Of a stretch of DNA of 64,000 bases, positions 52,962 to 61,891 are shown piece by piece. The notes under the pieces are model-generated. The model had not been told where the DNA came from. It saw only the letters and a program-made list of their open reading frames with translations, and did no database searches. The stretch is from Phycisphaerales bacterium (GTDB lineage Bacteria; Planctomycetota; Phycisphaerae; UBA1845; Fen-1342). Each line of letters opens with the position of its first letter. Position 1 is the first letter of the stretch. Both the position numbers and the translations under genes were made by a program. The stretch lies in contig JAGQOO010000001.1 in assembly GCA_020427345.1 (NCBI GenBank), forward strand, positions 8,922-72,921. Direction: 5' to 3'.

Positions 52962-54173
52962 ATGGAGCGCACCGTCCGACTGTACCGTTGGTACGCGCTC
53001 ACGTTCAACGCGTACTTCTGGATGCCCGTCTTCGTCCTCTACTTTCTCCGGCACATGCCGCTTGCGGATGTGCTGCGCCTCGAATCGGTCTATTACCTCG
53101 GCGTTGTTCTGTTGGAGGTTCCGTCGGGTTATTTCTCTGACCGCATCGGAAGGCGCCCAACGCTCCTGCTCGCGTGCGGATTCCTCATAGCGGCGTACTC
53201 GCTGTTTGCCGCAGGCTCGTCATTCGCCGTGTTCGCCATCGCCCAGATCCTTCTGGCCGCGGGGCTCGCGTTCAACAGCGGGACTGATACGTCGCTTCAC
53301 TACGATGCCCTGACTACGCTCGGTCGCGATTCGGAGTACGGCACGCGCGAGGCGCTCGCCGCCCGCAACGCTTTGCTCGCGTCCGCCGTGGGCGGTCTGC
53401 TTGGCGGATTGGCCGGATCCTTCGATTTGCGCCTGGCATATGTCCTCTCCGCGGCGTCGGCCGTCGCGTCGCTGATTATCGTGATCGCGATGCGGGAGCC
53501 GACTTCGCATGAACGGACGTTGGCGCCGCCCGGGCCGGTCCATCAGGCAAAGCTATGCCTCGGCTTGCTTAGCGACGGTTCGCTCATATGGACGTTCGCC
53601 TACGCGGTCTTCATGACGGTCATCAATCATGTGCCGTACGAGTTCTATCAGCCGTACCTTCAGCTTGCGTTCGCCGAGAATTCGGCCCTCCGCGGCGGCT
53701 CCCCTGCTCTCGCGGGTGTGCATATGGGGGTCGCGATGCTGCTCGCCTCAAGCGTGGCCGGTCGGAGCATCCGCCTTCGTGATCGGCTCGGTTACACGCC
53801 AGTCCTGCTGATTGCGGCCGCCTTGCAGGCTGTCATCATCGTGGCCATGGGCTTGGTGCTCCATCCGATCGTCCTGGTGCTAGTCCTGCTTCGTTCCATC
53901 CCTCGGGCATTGTCCGCGGCGCCACTCAACTCGTTCATTTCGCCGCGCGTGCCGAAAGGTCAACGCGCGACATACTTGTCGATTCAGAGCCTGGCGGGCC
54001 GGCTGGCCTTCGCCGGAGTCCTCGCGGCGATATCGTTCGTGGGCCAGCCCGGGGAGGTGGATGGCAGTTGGGCCAGCGTCAGCAGTCGCCTTCTCGGTTG
54101 CGCGGCGCTCGCGATTGCCGGGCTCTTGCTACTTTCGGCTACGGCCGCATGGCGCGACCCGCAGAAGGAGTAA
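52962..54173 (+). CDS. MFS transporter
   Basis: Start at the ATG at 52962. About 12 TM segments. Loop 2-3 motif GYFSDRIGRRPTLL. Confidence 0.8.
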   Translation: MERTVRLYRWYALTFNAYFWMPVFVLYFLRHMPLADVLRLESVYYLGVVLLEVPSGYFSDRIGRRPTLLLACGFLIAAYSLFAAGSSFAVFAIAQILLAAGLAFNSGTDTSLHYDALTTLGRDSEYGTREALAARNALLASAVGGLLGGLAGSFDLRLAYVLSAASAVASLIIVIAMREPTSHERTLAPPGPVHQAKLCLGLLSDGSLIWTFAYAVFMTVINHVPYEFYQPYLQLAFAENSALRGGSPALAGVHMGVAMLLASSVAGRSIRLRDRLGYTPVLLIAAALQAVIIVAMGLVLHPIVLVLVLLRSIPRALSAAPLNSFISPRVPKGQRATYLSIQSLAGRLAFAGVLAAISFVGQPGEVDGSWASVSSRLLGCAALAIAGLLLLSATAAWRDPQKE

Positions 54174-54229
54174 GCGACTGGTGTCAGAACCGCGCGGGTG
54201 AGGCGCGACCGACTCCATCGCGCGGCAAG

Positions 54230-55342
54230 TCAAGCGGTCCGATGCGCCTTCCGGCCGCCGCGCACCGGCTTTTCCGCGCCGATGCGGACACCAAGCAGTG
54301 CCCGGCACGTGTCGGCGCAACGATCCACAAGGCCGCGCGCCCCATCGTGCAACGCGGCGCTTTCCTGCACGGCCCGCATGTTGTTTTCCATGTCCTCTGC
54401 CGACCAGCCGCGGCTGTGGGCGATAAACGGGAATTGCGGGAACTGGCAGCCCAACTCGCCGAAGAATGTCATCAACTGCCCCACCACGCCCTGCACATTG
54501 TCCTGCCCGCCGGTCACGATGAACCCGGCGACCCTGTTGCGAAGCATGATCCGGTCGGCGATCGTCTCCTGGTTCTGGACGCAGTTCATTCGCTCGACCA
54601 TCTTGTAGTAGAGCGAACTGGCCTGCCCCCAGCGGATCGGCGTCGCAATCAGGAAGATGTCGGCCCACTGCACAATCGCCTCATACACGCGATCCATCTG
54701 ATCGTCGGGGTCCATCTGCGTGATCGAGCACGGCCACGTGCAGGCGTGCGCGCTTTTCGAGTAGTACCCCTCGCACGCGCGGAATATCAGCTCCGCCAGC
54801 CGGATCAGGCGCGTTTCAACCCCCTTCGTTTCCGCATGGGCGAGCGCGGTATTGAGGAGATCATCTGACGTCGAGTAGCGCGGATTGGCGGTGTCCATGT
54901 TTGTGGTCGAGATTCCCACAAGCCGTAGCGGCGCATCGAGCGCAGGGCCACCGGGCCCGCCGCGGACCGTCAGTTTCGTCAGCGGATGGGGAGGATGCGG
55001 GTGTCGCGTGCGCTGCGTCTTCGCCGAGAGGTTGACCAGCACGCGCCCCTGCTCAACGCGCACGTCATACACCGGGACGGCGTCATCCTCGTAGCCCGGC
55101 TCACCCTGCCCGGTCCGGCAATGGAATCTCCAGTTGTGCCACGGGCAGACGACATACTCGCCGTCGATTCGCCCGTCGCCGAGCGGTCCTCCGACGTGGT
55201 TGCACCGGCCCGAGATCGCGCTGAACTGGCCGTCGCGATACACCAGCGCGATCGGCGTGTTGCCCGCCAGGAGTTGACGAAGCGGTTGCGAGGCGAGTTC
55301 ATCCGCGGCGCCCACGTCGCGCCAGTCATCGCTTGAAGGCAT
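54230..55342 (-). CDS. Rieske [2Fe-2S] domain fused to flavodoxin-like NADPH-dependent FMN reductase / iron-sulfur flavoprotein domain
   Basis: N-terminal CNHVGGPLG...CPWHNWRF (CxH...CxxH). C-terminal LVGISTTNMD...ATPIRWGQASSLYKMVERM...GFIVTGGQDN (flavodoxin-like fold) with a Cys-rich CEGYYSKSAHACTWPC segment. Confidence 0.75.
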   Translation of the reverse strand: MPSSDDWRDVGAADELASQPLRQLLAGNTPIALVYRDGQFSAISGRCNHVGGPLGDGRIDGEYVVCPWHNWRFHCRTGQGEPGYEDDAVPVYDVRVEQGRVLVNLSAKTQRTRHPHPPHPLTKLTVRGGPGGPALDAPLRLVGISTTNMDTANPRYSTSDDLLNTALAHAETKGVETRLIRLAELIFRACEGYYSKSAHACTWPCSITQMDPDDQMDRVYEAIVQWADIFLIATPIRWGQASSLYYKMVERMNCVQNQETIADRIMLRNRVAGFIVTGGQDNVQGVVGQLMTFFGELGCQFPQFPFIAHSRGWSAEDMENNMRAVQESAALHDGARGLVDRCADTCRALLGVRIGAEKPVRGGRKAHRTA

Positions 55343-55353
55343 TCGTGTGCGTC

Positions 55354-55857
55354 CTACTTTCGAGATCGCCGGCGCGTTATGCGTCGGCGGGACGCCAAGC
55401 CAGGCGTTCGGCGCGTGGCATGGTTGATCCGGGCTGACCGCAATAATACCGCGCGTGTTTCTCGCGCTGCGAGTAGGTCCCCGCTTTCGCGGGGATGACG
55501 GAGGCGACTGGGTTCTTTCGCGGGGAAGAACTCCCGCCCTCGATAACGCATAAGCGCATCAAGACCCGCACAGGCGATATACAGGACCACCAGGGCCACA
55601 ACGCAGACCCACACCCATCTGGGAACAGGGCCGCGGTCGCGATATGGCAGCAAGAGCAACGCGCACAGTCCGAGCACGCAGAAACCCGCGCCGAGGGTCA
55701 TCAGCAAGTAATGCCCCCAATCGGCGCCCTGAAACTGTCGGTCGCCGGCGAGCCATATCAGCCCTGTGCCGGCGCACGCCGCCAACAGGAGAATTGGGCC
55801 GGCGACGCGGTACCGCCCTTTTGAAGGCGCCGACGCCTCAATACGCCGCCGGGTCAT
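55354..55857 (-). CDS. Possible small membrane protein; extent doubtful
   Basis: Three hydrophobic helices in the N-terminal ~110 aa. The 3' third is Arg-rich and runs across the REP-like palindrome at 55469-55492, so it may be a GC-driven ORF extension. Confidence 0.3.
   Translation of the reverse strand: MTRRRIEASAPSKGRYRVAGPILLLAACAGTGLIWLAGDRQFQGADWGHYLLMTLGAGFCVLGLCALLLLPYRDRGPVPRWVWVCVVALVVLYIACAGLDALMRYRGREFFPAKEPSRLRHPRESGDLLAARETRAVLLRSARINHATRRTPGLASRRRITRRRSRK
55469..55492. repeat. REP-like palindromic element (best-preserved copy)
   Basis: TCCCCGC-tttc-GCGGGGA followed by TGACGG. Perfect 7-bp stem. Confidence 0.7.
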
Positions 55858-56061
55858 CTCTTGCTCCGGGTCGCCCTCACGCCGTGCGCGGGCCGTCTGT
55901 TCACGAGCGGCTCAACCCCGCGACCGTATCCCAATAAGGAGATATGGTCACGAAGGTTGCATTGTCCGCATTCGCCATGGAGACTCCTGAGCGCACCGCC
56001 GCTATTGTCCATCTGAGTATTCTACTCGCGTCGATCCTGGAAATGAGCCACCTCCGCCCCG

Positions 56062-56109
56062 AACAAACAAAACCGCGGGCGTACGGGCGAGACGCCCGTA
56101 CCACCCGCG
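56062..56109 (-). terminator. Rho-independent terminator of the metalloprotease gene
   Basis: The minus strand reads CGCGGG-tg-GTACGGGCG-tct-CGCCCGTAC-g-CCCGCG followed by GTTTTGTTTGTT. Begins 20 nt after the stop at 56129. Confidence 0.8.
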
Positions 56110-56128
56110 ATCTTGCCGCCCCCATTAC

Positions 56129-58756
56129 TTATCTGGCGCGTCGAACGCGCATCATCCGCTTCTGCCCGAACAGCGCGAACATTGACGCCATCGTCATGGG
56201 GAACAACCCGAACCCGCACAGGCCGCCGACCGGGTCGATCTCCTCGATGTCCAACTCCGGCGCCTTGACGCCGTTCGCGTCGAGATTGTTCGGATCGTCG
56301 TCTCGCGGCTCTCTCGCGTTCGCCGTGTTCGGGTCGACATTCACGTCATTCGGCTCTTCGGTGATGTCGTTCGGCTCAACAACCACCGTGTTCGGCTCCG
56401 TCGCGTTCGGATCCGCATTGTTGCCCTGCCCGTCGAACGGATCGTCCGGGAACGCGTCTAGGCAGTCGTTCACGCCGTCGTCGTCACGGTCGGAGCGATT
56501 GTCGATGTCCGGGCATTCGTCACAGGCGTCGATCACACCGTCGCCGTCGCTGTCCGGCTGGCACTCATCGGGCACGCCGTCGCCGTCGCAATCGGCGCTC
56601 GTCCCGTTTGCGATGTCGTTCGCGTCGGGCTGGCCGTTCGCGTTGCAATCCAGCAGCGCGCGAGCCGTGTACCGGAACGTGATCCGCGTCGGGCCGGCCG
56701 GAGAGTTGTTGTTGATGACCAGTTCGACCTCGCGCTCGCCTGATTGCTGCGGCGCGAACTGCACGCTGAACGAAGCGGCGGCCGACGGCGTCAGCACGGT
56801 CGAAGCCAGCGACGAGGTCGCTTCTGCCGCCGCGGGTCCGGCCAGCGACACGCTCGCGTTCAGCGTGGCGGCGCCGGTGTTCGTTACGCGCATCGGAACG
56901 CTCAGCGTCTCGCCGACAAACACCTCGCCGAGATCGATGACCTCGCCGTCGTTCGTCGAAACGCCGTCCACTTCCACCGCCAACTCCGGCTCGAGCGCGG
57001 CCAGCGCGGCGCCGCTGACGATGAAACCGTAATCCGGGTTGTTCGGATCGTCGCTCAGGATCGTGACCAGCGCGACGCGCTGTCCCTGGGCGGTCGGCGC
57101 GAAGCCGATCGGCAGCGTCGACAATCCGCCCGCCGGGATCGTGCGCGGACCGGCGTTCCCGACGGTGTAGTCGCCCGCGCCTGGGCCCTGCACCTGGATG
57201 TTACTGATTTCCAGCGGGCCGGCGCCGACGTTGCGCAGCGTCAACGCGAAGCCGGACTGCTGACCGATCGGCGTGTCGTCAAAATGCAGCGTCGAGCTGA
57301 CGCCGATCGGGGTCAGGCCGTTCGACACGGTGAGGATGCCCGGATCGCGCGGCGCCTCGATGGCCTCGTTGCTGATGCGCAGTTCGTAGCGCTGCACGTC
57401 CTCGATGCCGTCGTTCGAATACACCTCGGCGACCATGAAGCCTGCCTGCGTGTAGCCGATCGGCGGGTGATATTCGCCCTCGCCGGCGCTGTTGAAATCG
57501 ATCTGGGCGACCATGCTGAACTGGTTGTTCGCGGCCGACGTGCGGCGCCACAGCCGCAAGCCGAGATTCCGCGCGGCCGCCGCGTCGACGACCTCGGTTG
57601 TCCCGCTGGACTGAGCGCCAAACTCATAGGTCGATCCGATCGGCGTTACTCGAATCGCGATCGGAGCGCCCGCGAAAGCGGTGAAGCCGTAGAAGTCGCT
57701 GGCGCCATCGCGCTCCAGCGCCAAGTCCGTCGCGACAAACAACTGGGGGCCGGAGGCGACATCGCGAATCGGGCCGAACAGAAACGTGTTGTCAGCCAGC
57801 GCGTCGTTGTCCTCAAAGCGATCGCCATAGAGATGCTGCACACCGCGAATGTCGTCTTCCTGCGGCCCGTCAAACGCGGTGTTAAGCGCCGGCTCCATCA
57901 GCTTGGTCGCGTTCTGCGGCAATGTGTGCGCGAGACCGAGTCCGTGGCCGTGCTCGTGCGCCAGCGTGTTGCGGAGATTGCGGAAGTTACTCGCCGGCGA
58001 AGTGAACAGCCCGATGTCATCGCTGTCCAGAATCATGTCGCCGCCGAACGCGGGGTAGAAGTTCACCGCAAGCGGGCCGGCGCCGAGCGGCTTCATTGCG
58101 ATGCGGATATCGCCGCGGAAGCCGAGCGCGCCGAGCGCGCCCGGAAACACGGCGCCGTCGTCACTGACTTCGACGAAAGTGATATTGGTGACTTCGCTCC
58201 AGCGGTCGAGCACAGCGCGGAAACGCGCCTTCCACGCCGCGCGTCCGCCCGGAAAGCTCGCGTCGAGCGTCGCGAACAGGTTGCTTGCGGCTTGCGGCTC
58301 GCCGATCGCGGAGGGAATCAGCGTGCCATCCGGCACAAAGCTGTACGTGATCGTCATCGGCTCGCCGGTGGCGACGGAGCCGTCCGTCGCGGTGAACGTC
58401 CAAACGCCGGAGCCGGCCACAAAGGCCGCGAGTTCTTCGTCGTTTAGCGCGCCCAGAGTGTCAGCAATCGTCGCGTTATCGGCGCCGGGCTCGAACATGA
58501 CACTCATGCTCGACAGTTCCGAGCAAAGACCGCATTCGTGCCCATCGGCGGTATCGCGAGCGTGCGACATGCGCGTCAGGACGGCGTTCAGTCGTTGATC
58601 GCGGATGCGACCGGGGCCCGCGTTGGCGACACTGACCGCGATGCATGCGAGCAGTGCGATCGCCACGGCGAGACGGAGGATTCCGGCGACGCGATCGTCG
58701 TCAAAGCGGCTTTCGGCGACACGGGGCGGGGACGGACGGCGTAGATTGCGATTCAT
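56129..58756 (-). CDS. Secreted metzincin (M10/matrixin-serralysin-like) metalloprotease with beta-sandwich repeats, TSP3-like repeats and a C-terminal TM/basic tail
   Basis: HEHGHGLGLAH (HExxHxxGxxH) plus LMEP Met-turn. Repeats LTLRNVGAGPLEISN / MRVTNTGAATLNAS. DCDGDGVPDECQPDSDGDGVIDACDECPD. C-terminus GGLCGFGLFPMTMASMFALFGQKRMMRVRRAR. Confidence 0.85.
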   Translation of the reverse strand: MNRNLRRPSPPRVAESRFDDDRVAGILRLAVAIALLACIAVSVANAGPGRIRDQRLNAVLTRMSHARDTADGHECGLCSELSSMSVMFEPGADNATIADTLGALNDEELAAFVAGSGVWTFTATDGSVATGEPMTITYSFVPDGTLIPSAIGEPQAASNLFATLDASFPGGRAAWKARFRAVLDRWSEVTNITFVEVSDDGAVFPGALGALGFRGDIRIAMKPLGAGPLAVNFYPAFGGDMILDSDDIGLFTSPASNFRNLRNTLAHEHGHGLGLAHTLPQNATKLMEPALNTAFDGPQEDDIRGVQHLYGDRFEDNDALADNTFLFGPIRDVASGPQLFVATDLALERDGASDFYGFTAFAGAPIAIRVTPIGSTYEFGAQSSGTTEVVDAAAARNLGLRLWRRTSAANNQFSMVAQIDFNSAGEGEYHPPIGYTQAGFMVAEVYSNDGIEDVQRYELRISNEAIEAPRDPGILTVSNGLTPIGVSSTLHFDDTPIGQQSGFALTLRNVGAGPLEISNIQVQGPGAGDYTVGNAGPRTIPAGGLSTLPIGFAPTAQGQRVALVTILSDDPNNPDYGFIVSGAALAALEPELAVEVDGVSTNDGEVIDLGEVFVGETLSVPMRVTNTGAATLNASVSLAGPAAAEATSSLASTVLTPSAAASFSVQFAPQQSGEREVELVINNNSPAGPTRITFRYTARALLDCNANGQPDANDIANGTSADCDGDGVPDECQPDSDGDGVIDACDECPDIDNRSDRDDDGVNDCLDAFPDDPFDGQGNNADPNATEPNTVVVEPNDITEEPNDVNVDPNTANAREPRDDDPNNLDANGVKAPELDIEEIDPVGGLCGFGLFPMTMASMFALFGQKRMMRVRRAR

Positions 58757-58849
58757 GGGTTGGCTCCTGCATTGGGGTTCGTTCGAAGCCCCAAAGGGCC
58801 TCTCCCCCCTGTCACGAGCGAGCCGGAGCCGCGGACCGAGCCAATTAAG

Positions 58850-58893
58850 AAAAAAACGCCGCAGCCCGCCGGAAGCGGGTAGGGGCGGGCGTT
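58850..58893 (-). terminator. Rho-independent terminator after gspE
   Basis: The minus strand reads ACGCCCGCCCCTACCCGC-ttcc-GGCGGGCTGCGGCGT followed by TTTTTTT. Lies about 75 nt after the stop at 58968. Confidence 0.65.
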
Positions 58894-58967
58894 TCGCTAA
58901 TCACGAGCACAGAGTCCGGGTGGGAAGAGAGGCGACGGCCCGGCCAAGGGGTTGCCGGGCCGGAAAC

Positions 58968-60647
58968 TTACACCTTGGTGCTGGCGACGACCTCTTCCAG
59001 TGTCGTGACGCCCTTGCGCACCAGCCGCCAGCCATCTTCGCTGAGCAGCTTCATGCCCGCTTCGCGCGCGGTGGGGACGAGTTGCGCAGCGGACTTCCGC
59101 TGCAGGATCAACTCGCGCAGCTTGTCGTTCATGGTCATCAGCTCGAAAACGGCTGTTCGGCCGGCATAGCCGGTATTGCGGCAGCGCTTGCACCCGGCGC
59201 CGCGCCACAGTGTTTCGCCCTTCTTGTACCCGAATTCGGTCGGGAGCATTTCGGGCTTCTCGGGTTTGTATTCTTCCTTGCAATCCGGACAGATGCGGCG
59301 GACGAGCCGCTGGGCCATGATCGCTTCGACCGAACTGGCGATCAGGAAGGGCTCAACGCCCATGTCGATGAGGCGCGTCGTCGCTGATGGCGCGTCGTTC
59401 GTGTGCAGTGTGCTGAACACAAGGTGACCGGTGAGCGACGCGTTGATGGCGGTCTCCGCGGTTTCGCGGTCGCGAATTTCGCCGACCAGAATGACGTCGG
59501 GGTCGTGTCGCAGGAATGACCGCATTGCGCGGGCAAACGACAAACCCACCTTCTGCAACACCTGCACCTGGTTGATGCCGGGCAGGTAGTACTCGATCGG
59601 GTCTTCAATCGTCAGGATCTTCAGGTCGTCGCTGGCGATTGTCGCGAGTGATGAGTACAGAGTCGTCGTTTTGCCGGAGCCGGTCGGCCCAGTGACGAGC
59701 ACGATGCCGTGCGGACGGTCGATGATCTCGCGATAGCGCTCAAGCGTTTCACCTTCCATGCCAACCGAGCCGAGCTCCAGCGCCAGCGCATTCTTGTCGA
59801 GAATACGCAACACGACGCCTTCGCCGAACGCCATCGGAATCACGCTGACGCGGAAGTCGATTTCCTTGCCCTTGGCCTTGATCTTGAAGCCGCCGTCCTG
59901 CGGCAGGCGCTTCTCGGCAATGTTCAAGCCGGACAGAATCTTGATACGGCTGACGACAGCGTTTTGAAAGCGGCGAATCTCCGGTGGCACGTTCGCATGC
60001 GTGAGATGGCCGTCGATGCGATAGCGGACCCCGAAGTCGTTCTCGTACGGCTCATAGTGGATATCGCTGGCGCGCTGCGTGATCGCTTCGAGCAGAATCT
60101 CGTTGACGAGCTTGATCACGGACGCTTCCTGCGCCATCTGCACGTCGATGTCGTTCGATTCGACCGTGTGCTCATCGACGACTTCAATGCCGGCGTCCGC
60201 CACCATTTCAGTAATGACGTCGCCACCAACGCCGTAGAACGTCTTGATCAGCTTGTGAATCTCAAGCTGCGTCGCGAGCACGGGCTCGATCTGGCAGCCG
60301 GCGGCGGACCGGATCTCGTCCAACGCGTACATGTTGAACGGGTCGGAAGTCGCGACGCGGATGCTCTTGCCGCCGCGCGTCGGGGCGATCGGCATCACGT
60401 TGTATTTGTGCACGAGCCGGCTGGGGACTTTTCGTAGGATTTCGCGATCGACATCGGATTCGTCGAGCTCGACGACGGGCATCGCGAACTGCTCCGCGTA
60501 GACATCGAGGACGTCACGCTCGGAAACGGCGCCGCTGCGGATCAGGAGCTGGTCCATCCGCTCGCCATTGGTTTTGGCGCGGGTGGCTTCGTTGATCTGT
60601 TCGGGGGTGATCAGCCCCTTTTTCAGTAATGCGTCGGTTATCGGCAT
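58968..60647 (-). CDS. gspE: GspE/PilB-family secretion ATPase
   Basis: N-terminal T2SSE_N-type domain (LITPEQINEA...VLDVYAEQFAMPVVEL). Walker A GPTGSGKTTT, Asp box, Walker B ILVGEIRD, His box. Tetracysteine CPDC...CKRC. Confidence 0.92.
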   Translation of the reverse strand: MPITDALLKKGLITPEQINEATRAKTNGERMDQLLIRSGAVSERDVLDVYAEQFAMPVVELDESDVDREILRKVPSRLVHKYNVMPIAPTRGGKSIRVATSDPFNMYALDEIRSAAGCQIEPVLATQLEIHKLIKTFYGVGGDVITEMVADAGIEVVDEHTVESNDIDVQMAQEASVIKLVNEILLEAITQRASDIHYEPYENDFGVRYRIDGHLTHANVPPEIRRFQNAVVSRIKILSGLNIAEKRLPQDGGFKIKAKGKEIDFRVSVIPMAFGEGVVLRILDKNALALELGSVGMEGETLERYREIIDRPHGIVLVTGPTGSGKTTTLYSSLATIASDDLKILTIEDPIEYYLPGINQVQVLQKVGLSFARAMRSFLRHDPDVILVGEIRDRETAETAINASLTGHLVFSTLHTNDAPSATTRLIDMGVEPFLIASSVEAIMAQRLVRRICPDCKEEYKPEKPEMLPTEFGYKKGETLWRGAGCKRCRNTGYAGRTAVFELMTMNDKLRELILQRKSAAQLVPTAREAGMKLLSEDGWRLVRKGVTTLEEVVASTKV

Positions 60648-60762
60648 AGCTGTAAGTCCAAATCCATCAGCCAGTTATGACCTGACCCTGTCTCAGCCGC
60701 CACTCGGGCAGCGCGCGTCTCCCCGCTGCTTTGTACCCGCCTATCGCGGCGGCGCTGCGGCG

Positions 60763-61032
60763 TCACCCGATTGTGGCTTCATCGACCACGCCGACGATCA
60801 CCGATCGCAACGGGGCGGCGGGGTCTCCCACAATGGACCGGGCGGAATTGCCCTCGTCCACCACGAGCACGGTGTCACCTACGCCGGCTTCCACATTGGC
60901 GATCGCGACCACGTACCCCTTACCGGCCGAGCCGTCCGGGTTCAGCCGGTCGACCATCAGCAGCCGATGCCCGACATAGAAGCCGTGCTTTATGGTAGCG
61001 ACGACTTCGCCGCTGACACGTCCGAGAATCAT
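60763..61032 (-). CDS. BMC-P (EutN/CcmL-family) vertex protein, copy 3
   Basis: MILGRVSGEVVATIKH...GDTVLVVDEGNSAR..., 89 aa. The ATG at 61032 overlaps the upstream stop (ATGA). The longer 60763..61524 ORF is an artefact. Confidence 0.85.
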   Translation of the reverse strand: MILGRVSGEVVATIKHGFYVGHRLLMVDRLNPDGSAGKGYVVAIANVEAGVGDTVLVVDEGNSARSIVGDPAAPLRSVIVGVVDEATIG

Positions 61033-61322
61033 GGCGTTTTGTCCGCCTGCCAGTCGGTTCGCGTGACGGCGTCCACGATGCCGATGATGGCGTGATCCAC
61101 CGGGACGAAGGTCTCTTCCAACGCCATGGCGGCTTCGCGCCCGGATTCGTACAGCACGAGCGTGCCGGGGCCGGCCATGCGGGTCGCGTCGGTCGCGACG
61201 AATGGGACGCCGGTATCCGCGCCGACCCGATCCAAAGCCTGGACAACGAGCAGCGGCACGCCCGTCAGCCCGGGCGTTTTCTGGGTCGCCACAACCGTGC
61301 CGATTACACGCCCGAGGAGCAT
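61029..61322 (-). CDS. BMC-P (EutN/CcmL-family) vertex protein, copy 2
   Basis: MLLGRVIGTVVATQKTPGLTGVPLLVVQ...GTLVLYESGREAA...DHAIIGIVD. Confidence 0.85.
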   Translation of the reverse strand: MLLGRVIGTVVATQKTPGLTGVPLLVVQALDRVGADTGVPFVATDATRMAGPGTLVLYESGREAAMALEETFVPVDHAIIGIVDAVTRTDWQADKTP

Positions 61323-61891
61323 GACCCGAACTCCGAGCTTTGATCAAGGCAGGCGCGCAACGCGTCCGCGCGGCGGGGGATGATGGCGTGTTTGGCTGTA
61401 TGACGCGGCGACATGGTTCGCAATGCCGCTTCGATCGACGCTTCAATATCCGCCTGCACGCCGCAGAATTGCGCGACGCCGCGTCCGCCCAGCGCGTCGC
61501 CAAGGCGGAGATCGACAATCTCAATCGGCGCGGTTTTCACGGCGCGATCGACACCGCCGACGAGCGCCGGCATGGCCGGGCACTCCAGCACGGCGAGCGT
61601 GTCGGCTTCCGCGGAAACGCGACGGCCCCATAGCGCGGCCTGGAGTTTGTGGTGCGCGTCAGGCAGGAAAATCGCGTCGCCGAGAACGCCGGCTGGTTCG
61701 CGCCGCGCGACGGCGTCGGCGACCTCGACAGCCCCCACTTCCCCGCCGACGAGCAGCAGGTATTTCCCCGGGTGCGTCGTGCCGGCGCGAAACAGCGTCA
61801 GCGGCGCCTGTTTGATCATTCGATCCGCAACGCGCGTGCCGTCAGCGACGCTGTCAAACTCGTACATCGCGATGGCGGGGGTGGGGTTCAT
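61304..61891 (-). CDS. BMC-T tandem-BMC-domain shell protein (PduT-like)
   Basis: Start at the ATG at 61891 (ATGA overlap with the aldehyde dehydrogenase stop). Two BMC-like halves: AIAMYEFDSVADGTRVADRMIKQAP...PGKYLLLVGGEVGAVEVA and LAVLECPAMPALVGGVDRAVKTAP...VQADIEASIEAA. Confidence 0.7.
   Translation of the reverse strand: MNPTPAIAMYEFDSVADGTRVADRMIKQAPLTLFRAGTTHPGKYLLLVGGEVGAVEVADAVARREPAGVLGDAIFLPDAHHKLQAALWGRRVSAEADTLAVLECPAMPALVGGVDRAVKTAPIEIVDLRLGDALGGRGVAQFCGVQADIEASIEAALRTMSPRHTAKHAIIPRRADALRACLDQSSEFGSCSSGV

Noticed and set aside
60763-61524. 253-aa ORF spanning two EutN-like genes
   Set aside because: Only its last 89 aa (60763..61032) look like a BMC-P protein. The upstream part is Arg-rich and overlaps the genuine BMC-P gene 61029..61322 in another frame.
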